Shown here in pieces: positions 16,905 to 24,115 of a stretch of 28,088 bases of DNA. Both the position numbers and the translations under genes were made by a program. The stretch lies in NCBI GenBank assembly GCA_030637775.1, contig DAOWFY010000140.1:1-28088 (forward strand), given 5' to 3'. The notes below the pieces were generated by a model. That model saw only the letters and a list, made by a program, of their open reading frames with translations. It made no database searches and was not told where the DNA came from. Position 1 is the stretch's first letter; each line of letters opens with the position of its first letter. Origin of the DNA: a bacterium. GTDB lineage: Bacteria; Ratteibacteria; UBA8468.

Positions 16905-18014
16905 ATGACTTATAAAGTTCCTTTTGTGAATTATCCCGCCCACTATCGGAGTATGGAAAGGGAAATAGATACGGTTATAAAGGAGGTTCTGTCTAAGGGA
17001 GACCTGATTCTCCGTTCCGATGTACGGGATTTTGAAGATAATATGGCCAATTTTCTGGAAGTAAAGTATGCAGTGGGTGTTAACAGCTGCACCGATGCGA
17101 TGACACTTTCTTTAGTAGCTGCCGGAATAAAAAGGAATGATGAAGTTATCACCGTCGCCCATACCTTTGTGGCTACAATATCGGCTATTGTCCATTGTGG
17201 TGCTACCCCTGTTCTAATAGATGTTGGAGAAGATTTTAATATGGATATGGAAAAATTAGAGCCGGCCATAACCCCTAAAACAAGGGCGATTATCCCGGTT
17301 CATCTTAATGGTCATCTTTGTGATATGGAAAGGTTAGTCTCTATTGCAAATAAGCATAATTTAATCGTGATCGAGGATTCGGCTCAGGCGTTAGGTGCAA
17401 CATTTAATAAAAAAAAGGGAGGGGCATTTGGCCTGGCTGGCTGTTTTAGTTTCTACCCCGCAAAAATTCTGGGAGCAGCAGGAGATGCCGGACTGGTATC
17501 TACGAACGACAAAAATTTTGCAGAAAAAATTCGCCTTCTTAGAGATCATGGGCGGCGAGGCAAAAATGAGATAGCCTGCTATGGTTTCACCAGTCGTTTA
17601 GACAACCTTCAGGCAGCTATCCTCAATATTAAGTTAAAATATGTGCCAAATTGGATTCAAAGAAGACGGGAAATCGTTGACCTTTACAACGAGGGGCTTT
17701 CTAACGTCCCCGGCATAAAACTACCGCCTCCACCAAATTCCGATACTCGATTCTTCGATGTGTATCAAAATTATGTTTTGAGGGTTTCTAAAAGAGACAC
17801 CCTCGCCTTACATTTAAAGGAGAGGGGAATTGAAACTATAATTTCAAACCCTATACCCCTCCACCATCAGAAGGCTTTGGGGCTTTTGCATTTCAATCTT
17901 CCAAACACTGAGCAATTTGCAAAAAAGGTTATCTCTCTTCCAAATGTGCCCGAGCTAACTGACGAACAGATTGAATATGTAATCCAATCAATTCGTAGTT
18001 TATATACGGAATAA
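16905..18014 (+). CDS. DegT/DnrJ/EryC1/StrS PLP-dependent sugar aminotransferase
   Basis: VNSCTDA, IEDSAQA, FSFYPAKILG with the PLP lysine, SRLDNLQAA. Confidence 0.92.
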   Translation: MTYKVPFVNYPAHYRSMEREIDTVIKEVLSKGDLILRSDVRDFEDNMANFLEVKYAVGVNSCTDAMTLSLVAAGIKRNDEVITVAHTFVATISAIVHCGATPVLIDVGEDFNMDMEKLEPAITPKTRAIIPVHLNGHLCDMERLVSIANKHNLIVIEDSAQALGATFNKKKGGAFGLAGCFSFYPAKILGAAGDAGLVSTNDKNFAEKIRLLRDHGRRGKNEIACYGFTSRLDNLQAAILNIKLKYVPNWIQRRREIVDLYNEGLSNVPGIKLPPPPNSDTRFFDVYQNYVLRVSKRDTLALHLKERGIETIISNPIPLHHQKALGLLHFNLPNTEQFAKKVISLPNVPELTDEQIEYVIQSIRSLYTE

Positions 18015-18015
18015 T

Positions 18016-18795
18016 ATGAGAACCGATTATTCTACAGTAACAGAAATACCGGGAAGCAAGATAACAGGCGAGCAATTAACCAGAATTTATCAACGTTATT
18101 TCTTTGCTGCGCAATTCTGTCAGGGAAAGGATGTATTGGAGGTTGCCTGTGGGGCGGGAATAGGGTTGGGTTATCTGGCAAAATTTGCAAAAAGGGTGGT
18201 TGCTGGGGATATTGATAAAAACATTTTAAGATATGCCCAGGAGCATTATCAAGGAAGAGACAATATTGAACTTCAATTGCTTGATGCTCATCAGTTACCT
18301 TTTGAAAATGGTAGCTTTGACGTGGTACTCTTGTATGAGGCAATCTACTATCTTGCTCAACCCAAAAAATTTGTTGAGGAAGCCCATCGGGTGCTAAGAG
18401 AAGACGGAACACTTATCACCTGTACAGTAAACAAGGATTGGTCCGATTTTAACACTTCTCCATTCAGCACTAAATATTTTTCTGCTTCCGAGCTCTTTTT
18501 GTTGCTTAATCGGAGGTTTTCCAAGGTAGAGATTTATGGAGCATTCCCTACCTCTGCCAATTCAATAAAGGACAAGATAATATCTTCAATCAAGAGAACT
18601 GCCGTCACCCTTCACCTGATGCCAAAAACGATGAAAGGTAAAGAGTTTCTTAAAAGAATCTTCTTTGGTCAACTATTGAGACTGCCCGCAGAAATAAAGG
18701 AGAAAATGACCGAATATTCTTTTCCTCTTCCCATTTCACCTACCTCCCCTAATCCTTGCTATAAGATCTTGTTTGCTGTAGCTCGGCCCCACTGA
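18016..18795 (+). CDS. Class I SAM-dependent methyltransferase
   Basis: Motif I VLEVACGAGIG, GDID, DAHQLPF, SFDVV, VLREDG. Confidence 0.85.
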   Translation: MRTDYSTVTEIPGSKITGEQLTRIYQRYFFAAQFCQGKDVLEVACGAGIGLGYLAKFAKRVVAGDIDKNILRYAQEHYQGRDNIELQLLDAHQLPFENGSFDVVLLYEAIYYLAQPKKFVEEAHRVLREDGTLITCTVNKDWSDFNTSPFSTKYFSASELFLLLNRRFSKVEIYGAFPTSANSIKDKIISSIKRTAVTLHLMPKTMKGKEFLKRIFFGQLLRLPAEIKEKMTEYSFPLPISPTSPNPCYKILFAVARPH

Positions 18796-18803
18796 GAATC
18801 TTC

Positions 18804-18832
18804 TTTACTTTTGACCATAAAACTGGTAAAAT
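18804..18832 (+). promoter_or_regulatory. sigma70-type promoter overlapping the first ATG of an (ATG)4 run
   Basis: TTTACT (18804-09), 17 nt, TG-g-TAAAAT (18827-32); no SD present. Confidence 0.5.
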
Positions 18833-20642
18833 GATGATGATGAAAAAGGGAATTTTTTTTCTATTAATCGCCGATATCATCCTTATTTATTCGGCAACAA
18901 TCTTAGCCTTCTGTATCCGCTTTCCTGACTTTCTGACCACACCTAACTTTCAGGCATACCAACCGATTGCTGTCTTTCTTGTAGTCATTAAACTTATTGT
19001 TTATTTGCTCTTTGGTCTCTACGGTGGAATCTGGAGGTACGCCAGCATTAATGAAGCCTTCTCTATATTTAAGGCAGTAACTGTAGCCTCCTTAGCAACG
19101 ATCGGTTTTGTCTTCTTTGTCCGGGTTCTTTCCTTTCCCCGTTCAGTCCTTCTGCTTGATTGGTTTTTCAATCTCCTTTTTATCGGTGGGGTAAGGTTTG
19201 CTCTCCGGTTGCGTAAAGAATTTCGAAAGCGTCAAGTGGCTCCCAACAAGCGGTTACTCATTATGGGAGCCGGCGATGCCGGGGAGATGGTCTTGCGTGA
19301 GATTCAGAAACACCCCGAGTTAGGTTATAAGGTTGTAGGCTTTATCGATGATGACTTAAAAAAGGTGGGAAGAAGAATCCATAATTTAGGGGTTTTAGGA
19401 ACAAGAAGGGAAATTGCCAGAATCGTTTCCCAGAAGAATGTTAATGAAATTGTTATCGCCATCCCTTCTGCCTCGGGGAAGACGATTAGAGAAATTGTCA
19501 GTTATTGCGAAAGGACAAGGGCAAAGTTAAAGATTCTACCCGGAATGTATAAGGTCATTAAGGGAGATGTGACTATCTCCCAGATCAGGGAGGTAAAACC
19601 AGAGGATCTTTTGGGCAGAGAGACGATTGAGATAAACTTAGAGGAGATCTCTCAATATTTAAGGGATAAATCTGTACTTGTCACCGGAGCAGCCGGCTCC
19701 ATCGGTTGCGAACTTTCCCGTCAAGTTATGAAATTTAACCCTAAGAAACTTCTCCTTTTGGATAATAATGAAAACGAGACCTATTTCCTGCAGATGGAGT
19801 TAAAGAAAAAGGAACATTCATTCCCGATCATTTTTCTTGTCAATGATATCAAAGAGAAGCAAGTCTTAGAGGCGATCTGGAAAGAGCACCAGCCAGAGGT
19901 AGTTTTCCACGCCGCCGCACACAAGCATGTTCCCTTGATGGAGGAAAATGTTGTTGGGGCAGTGAGAAATAACGTCCTGGGAACAAAAAATTTAATGGAG
20001 GCAGCAAAAAAAACGGAGAGGTTCATTCTTATCTCCACCGATAAGGCGGTGAATCCAAAAAGTATTATGGGGGCAACCAAAAGAATTACTGAATTAATGA
20101 TGCAACTCTCTACAAATGAAACAAAATTCTGTGCGGTGAGATTCGGCAATGTCCTGGGAAGTAAAGGAAGTGTAATTCCCCTCTTTAAAAAACAGATTGC
20201 CGAAGGTGGTCCGGTAACCGTAACCCATCCGGAAATAAAGCGCTACTTTATGAGTGCCCGGGAGGCGGTCAGCCTCATCATTCAGGCCGGAGCAATGAGT
20301 AAAGGTGGGGAGGTCTTTATTCTCGATATGGGAGAGCCGATAAAGATTATTGATTTAGCAAAAGACCTCATCACCCTCTCTGGTCTTCAACCGGAGACCG
20401 ATATTCCTGTTAAGATTATTGGTCTTCGTCCGGGAGAGAAGCTCAACGAGGAACTACTGACCGCCGAGGAGGGTATAAAAGCTACCAAGCATAAGAAGAT
20501 CTTTGTTGCCAGACCGGATACTGTTAATCCAGAAGAGTTACTAAAAGACCTCGATGATTTAGAAAGACTTACTCTCTCCGGAGAAAGAGATTCGATCGTC
20601 AAAAGGCTTCAGAAGATGAGGGTATTGCGAGGAGATGAATGA
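18831..20642 (+). CDS. Membrane-bound UDP-GlcNAc 4,6-dehydratase (PglF/CapD/WbpM type)
   Basis: N-terminal TM helices; two Rossmann motifs (GAGDAG; TGAAGSIG); HAAAHKHVP; STDKAV; MGATK; VRFGNVLGS. The real start may be ATG 18837 or 18840. Confidence 0.92.
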   Translation: MMMMKKGIFFLLIADIILIYSATILAFCIRFPDFLTTPNFQAYQPIAVFLVVIKLIVYLLFGLYGGIWRYASINEAFSIFKAVTVASLATIGFVFFVRVLSFPRSVLLLDWFFNLLFIGGVRFALRLRKEFRKRQVAPNKRLLIMGAGDAGEMVLREIQKHPELGYKVVGFIDDDLKKVGRRIHNLGVLGTRREIARIVSQKNVNEIVIAIPSASGKTIREIVSYCERTRAKLKILPGMYKVIKGDVTISQIREVKPEDLLGRETIEINLEEISQYLRDKSVLVTGAAGSIGCELSRQVMKFNPKKLLLLDNNENETYFLQMELKKKEHSFPIIFLVNDIKEKQVLEAIWKEHQPEVVFHAAAHKHVPLMEENVVGAVRNNVLGTKNLMEAAKKTERFILISTDKAVNPKSIMGATKRITELMMQLSTNETKFCAVRFGNVLGSKGSVIPLFKKQIAEGGPVTVTHPEIKRYFMSAREAVSLIIQAGAMSKGGEVFILDMGEPIKIIDLAKDLITLSGLQPETDIPVKIIGLRPGEKLNEELLTAEEGIKATKHKKIFVARPDTVNPEELLKDLDDLERLTLSGERDSIVKRLQKMRVLRGDE

Positions 20643-21844
20643 ATGCCCGAGAAAAATTGGTGAACCACTTAGAAAATATTGTAGAAATCTTTTTTCTCCT
20701 CTCGGTCTTCTGCATCCCTGCCGGTCCCGTCCTAAAGTATATCTTCCAGGGCGTTCTTCTTTTTACCTGGATTGTTAAACTTATCGTAAAAAGAGGAATA
20801 GAATTTAACCCTACCTCTCTGGATTACCCCATCCTTCTTTTCGTTATTCTTGGTTTTGCCTCTGTCGTCATAAATTATACGACATTTTATCAAGCCGGGA
20901 AGGGCTTTTCCAATCTCTTGGAATGGTTCTTTGCCTTTTACATTATCGTCCATCTTATCAGAAGAAAGGAACAGCTTAAAAGATTTACCAAGGTCTGGCT
21001 TTTCTCCGCCCTTACCGTTACCTTATATGGTATTTATCAAATTATAAGAGAACCAGGAGGTGCTGTAATCAGCTCCTTTTTCACTCTTAACTCCTATCTG
21101 GCTCAATACCTTGTCCTTATTATGCCGGTAATCCTTGCGCTCCTTCTCTTTAAAAAAACAAAAAAGGAGGGCTCCCGTCCGGTGGACGGGATGGGGAGAA
21201 TCTTTTTGGGAATAATCCTTCTTTTAACCTGGTTTCTCCTTGGCTTAACTATGGAAAGAGGTCCCTGGTTAGGAATCATAGTTGGACTTCTGATGATGGG
21301 GATAGTTCTTCGGGATAAGCGCATCCTTATCGGAATCCCCCTTCTCCTTATGTTGAGCTTCTTTATCTCTCCTCCATCCATCAGAATAAGAGCCATCTCT
21401 ATCTTCCAGCCACGCTGGAGTTTAGAAAGGCTTTACTGCTGGAGGTCTTGTCTCTCAATGACTAAAGACCATCCCTTCTTTGGGGTGGGATTGGGCAACT
21501 TCCGTTATGTTTACCCAAAATATATGCTCGGCGCAGCAAAGGTGAAGTTCCTGCATGCCCATAATATCTTCTTCCAGATTGCTACCGAAATGGGAATCCC
21601 GGGACTGCTTGTTTTCCTCTGGCTATTGTTTAATTTCTTTAAAGCCACCCTTTCTCACATTCAGAAAGACAAATACTTAAGAGCCCTGAATGTAGGTTTT
21701 TCCGCGGGAATCATTGCGATATTGGTCACCAGCCTTTTCCATGATATCTTTCATAGCCGGCAGATTGCCACTTTAACCTGGTATATTATCGGAATGGCGA
21801 TAGCCTCTCATAAGCTGAAAGATCAAGAGACCCCCGGCGATTAA
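20639..21844 (+). CDS. O-antigen ligase family protein (WaaL/Wzy_C)
   Basis: Multi-pass; ERGPW, HPFFGVGLGNF, HAHNIFFQIATEMGIPG. Confidence 0.82.
   Translation: MNAREKLVNHLENIVEIFFLLSVFCIPAGPVLKYIFQGVLLFTWIVKLIVKRGIEFNPTSLDYPILLFVILGFASVVINYTTFYQAGKGFSNLLEWFFAFYIIVHLIRRKEQLKRFTKVWLFSALTVTLYGIYQIIREPGGAVISSFFTLNSYLAQYLVLIMPVILALLLFKKTKKEGSRPVDGMGRIFLGIILLLTWFLLGLTMERGPWLGIIVGLLMMGIVLRDKRILIGIPLLLMLSFFISPPSIRIRAISIFQPRWSLERLYCWRSCLSMTKDHPFFGVGLGNFRYVYPKYMLGAAKVKFLHAHNIFFQIATEMGIPGLLVFLWLLFNFFKATLSHIQKDKYLRALNVGFSAGIIAILVTSLFHDIFHSRQIATLTWYIIGMAIASHKLKDQETPGD
21164..21194 (+). repeat. 31-bp SD-hairpin-ATG element, copy 1 (in-frame in the ligase gene)
   Basis: AAGGAGGGCTCCCGT-ccggtgg-ACGGGATGG; 27/31 identical to 26531-26561 (-). 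Confidence 0.8.
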
Positions 21845-22552
21845 AAAGATGAAAAAGGAGATGACCTGGGTAGGATAAAGGGAAAAGAAAACCGGATTTA
21901 AGTTACCTCTGAGAAAATCTATACTATATCGAGATATGGAATAGAGGAGGAAATAGAAAATTACAATATTTCCATCTTTTGCCCAAGGAGAAAGACTCTT
22001 TTTCTGTTTGCAAAGAAAGAGCAAAATTAAAAAAATTGAAAAATTACTCAAGCTATAGTACAGTTGTGTTGGATGTCGGGATATACCGTCGAAGGGAAAC
22101 CTTGCCCCCCAGAAAAAATCCGTTTCTTTGCCATAGCAGCAGCCGTTAAGGAAGCAGCCAATCCTTCCTATTGCTTGCGCCAAAGGGAGGTAGAGCCCAA
22201 AGTAATCCAATACCCTTAGGGTTGGCAGGCCTGTTCTGCGCAGAAAGAATATTGCCGCGAATAGACCAAAGATGAGGCCTCCTTGAGCCGCCATTCCTCC
22301 GTGGCGGATGGCAATGACTTCGGCAGGATGATGAAGATAGTAGGAGAAATGAACAAGGATATGCAGTAACCTTGCCCCAAAAAGCCCGATGATAACAACC
22401 AGAAAGACAATATTTAAGAGAGCTTCTTCATTCAGTCCTTCCTTTCTTCCGCGGCGTAGCACCAGGAAGCTAACCCAGAGGACTGAAAAAGCAATGACCA
22501 CACCATAGGAATAGATAGCAAAATTACCAATCTTAAAGAGGACGGGATGCAT
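21773..22552 (-). CDS. lgt: Prolipoprotein diacylglyceryl transferase
   Basis: MHPVLF, YSYG, GARL, GRIGCFLNGCCYG, HPTQLY, RYSIDFLR. Confidence 0.9.
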   Translation of the reverse strand: MHPVLFKIGNFAIYSYGVVIAFSVLWVSFLVLRRGRKEGLNEEALLNIVFLVVIIGLFGARLLHILVHFSYYLHHPAEVIAIRHGGMAAQGGLIFGLFAAIFFLRRTGLPTLRVLDYFGLYLPLAQAIGRIGCFLNGCCYGKETDFFWGARFPFDGISRHPTQLYYSLSNFSIFLILLFLCKQKKSLSPWAKDGNIVIFYFLLYSISRYSIDFLRGNLNPVFFSLYPTQVISFFIFLIAGGLLIFQLMRGYRHSDNIPG

Positions 22553-22705
22553 TTGCTGTGAGAATTATCTGAAAGTTAATCTATCCGCATATTTGCTACA
22601 AGATTAATTTGAAAGTTAACTTTCGCATATTGCTACTGAAGTAGCCTGATAGTACAGTCTCGCAATTCCCTACTGAAGACAACTTGATTAGGAAGTAGCG
22701 GAATT
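22553..22705 (+). repeat. Dispersed promoter-like palindromic element, copy B (with internal tandem duplication)
   Basis: Homologous to 11331-11447. A unit of about 35 nt is duplicated (22563-22599 and 22603-22636). Abuts the lgt ATG and contains the lspA stop. Confidence 0.85.
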
Positions 22706-23128
22706 TTTTATCTCATGAATTAACAGAATTATAATTCCAATTGTGATGCCACTATCGGCTAAATTAAAGATCGGCCAAACCCTGAAATCAAGGAAATCAA
22801 TCACCGCCCCAAATCTTACCCGGTCGATAAGGTTTCCCAAAATTCCTCCTGTGATAAGTCCGGTTGCTATCCTTTGAGCTCGATTCCTTCTTGCTCTTCG
22901 CAAGAAAAATATAAGCATACCTATTGCTAAGAGAGATAGGACCAGATAAAATAAAAGGGGGATTTTCCCTTTGAAGAGGCCAAAGGAGATCCCAGGATTT
23001 TTAATGTAGGTAAGATACAAAAGATGAGGGATAAGCACAACCGATTGACCCTGGTATAGAGAAAGTCTGACCAAATATTTTGTCAGCTGGTCAAAAAAAA
23101 GGACAATAATCCCAACCCAAATGGACAT
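22688..23128 (-). CDS. lspA: Lipoprotein signal peptidase II
   Basis: DQLTK, NPGISFG, GNLIDR, VIDFL, FNLAD (both catalytic Asp). Start set at ATG 23128; the upstream ATG 23155 lies inside an inverted repeat. Confidence 0.93.
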   Translation of the reverse strand: MSIWVGIIVLFFDQLTKYLVRLSLYQGQSVVLIPHLLYLTYIKNPGISFGLFKGKIPLLFYLVLSLLAIGMLIFFLRRARRNRAQRIATGLITGGILGNLIDRVRFGAVIDFLDFRVWPIFNLADSGITIGIIILLIHEIKNSATS

Positions 23129-23163
23129 ATGGACATGGGGGTCAGGTCTCAACATTTGACAAA

Positions 23164-23245
23164 CTTACGACACCATACTTTCTGCTTACTTTAGTAGTAA
23201 TATGCGGATAGCCCCTGATTAAATCAGGGGTACTCACAGCAAATG
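23164..23245 (-). repeat. Dispersed promoter-like element, copy C (inverted, partial, nested in the 146-bp element)
   Basis: Minus strand reads CATTTGCTGTGAG...CTATCCGCATATTACTACTAAAGTAAGCAGAAAGTATGGTGTCG. The first 13 nt are identical to copy B. Confidence 0.8.
23212..23230. repeat. Perfect 9-bp-stem palindrome inside copy C
   Basis: CCCCTGATT-A-AATCAGGGG; replaces an unrelated segment of about 18 nt present in copies A and B. Confidence 0.8.
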
Positions 23246-23261
23246 TTTATTTGGTAAATTG

Positions 23262-23639
23262 TCAAATGTTGAGACCTGACCCCTCATCTTTCTTCTGGCA
23301 GGCAATGCAAAGTCTGGCATAAGGAAGAGCGCGCAGCCTCTTTTTGCCAATCTTTTTACGGCATTCCTCGCAAATCCCAAATAATTTTTTTTCAAGTTTT
23401 GCCAGAGCATTATTAATTTCTACGATCAGTTTACCTTCGGAAGAGGCAAGATCCAGGTCCAAATTTTTCTCAAAGTTATCACTGGCCAACTCAGCCAAGT
23501 GTGTTGGAATACCTGGATTCTCGCCTTCTACCTGTCTCAACTCCAAACTACCCTTCTGGAGAGCTCCAATCGCCTCTAAAATTCTAATCTTTTCCTTGAT
23601 CAGCAATTTTTTGTATTTCTCCCTTTCCTTTTTATTCAT
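23262..23639 (-). CDS. TraR/DksA C4-type zinc-finger protein
   Basis: Coiled coil with tip THLAELASD; CEEC...RLRALPYARLCIAC. Second Met chosen because a purine-rich SD precedes it (alternative start 23654). Stop lies within the 25-bp inverted repeat. Confidence 0.85.
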   Translation of the reverse strand: MNKKEREKYKKLLIKEKIRILEAIGALQKGSLELRQVEGENPGIPTHLAELASDNFEKNLDLDLASSEGKLIVEINNALAKLEKKLFGICEECRKKIGKKRLRALPYARLCIACQKKDEGSGLNI

Positions 23640-23650
23640 TTTCCTTCCCC

Positions 23651-24115
23651 TCATAAATCAAAGATAATTCTTGTTTGCCAGAGATTTGGCTTTTTCTGTA
23701 ATACTTTCAGGTTATGGTAAGTAGCAGCTTTTATCTCCCTTTTTGGGATTTGGCTATTTTTTTTAATCTTTCCCTTCAGGCAAAATCTATTTTTTATCTT
23801 TCCAATCTTAATTTTGAATTGAGCAAAAATTGCTTTTTCCTTCTCCGCAAGATAGAGCAGTTCGTTAAGGAAACTTACCAAAAGTTCCTCCAAGGTTTTT
23901 GCTGTAACCTTAATTTTGAATTCAATACCATAGGAATTTCCTTTGTAGGGGCTTGATTTATCAAGCCCGCGGGTCGGATGAATCCGACCCCTACACAGTT
24001 TTCCTCCCGCGATGATGCTAAACATCCCGGCTGCGCTCTCTGTAAAGAGTTCCTCCTTGCTCTTCCCTTCGATCAAAAGTCCAATATCTGCCGTATGGTC
24101 AATGACCCGAAACAT
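23651..24115 (-). CDS. Archease (RtcB activator family)
   Basis: [27 protein letters not shown]-terminal IFDL; SD GGAGGG inside the gyrA 3' end. Confidence 0.9.
   Translation of the reverse strand: MFRVIDHTADIGLLIEGKSKEELFTESAAGMFSIIAGGKLCRGRIHPTRGLDKSSPYKGNSYGIEFKIKVTAKTLEELLVSFLNELLYLAEKEKAIFAQFKIKIGKIKNRFCLKGKIKKNSQIPKREIKAATYHNLKVLQKKPNLWQTRIIFDL
23944..23995. repeat. GTAG-type REP doublet (REPIN-like) inserted in-frame in archease
   Basis: TGTAGGGG...CCCCTACA ends enclosing two perfect 9-bp stems: GGGCTTGAT-tt-ATCAAGCCC and GGGTCGGAT-ga-ATCCGACCC. Confidence 0.85.

Larger units (their letters stand above)
23138..23283. mobile_element. 146-bp MITE/REPIN-like non-autonomous element with perfect 25-bp terminal inverted repeats
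   Basis: GGGGTCAGGTCTCAACATTTGACAA (23138-23162) and its exact reverse complement (23259-23283). No ORF inside and no target duplication found. The repeat is certain; mobility is inferred. Confidence 0.6.

Noticed and set aside
409-20013. A8 homopolymers (409-416, 20006-20013) as phase-variation tracts
   Set aside because: Runs of this length are expected in AT-rich, Lys-rich coding sequence; both frames are intact.
23129-23155. lspA start at ATG 23155 (MLRPDPHVH)
   Set aside because: These codons come from the inverted repeat and the 8-bp duplication; the first TM helix begins after ATG 23128.
23133-23288. Target-site duplication around the 146-bp element
   Set aside because: Flanks (ACATG left, TCATC right) are not direct repeats, so a Tn3-type 5-bp duplication is not supported.
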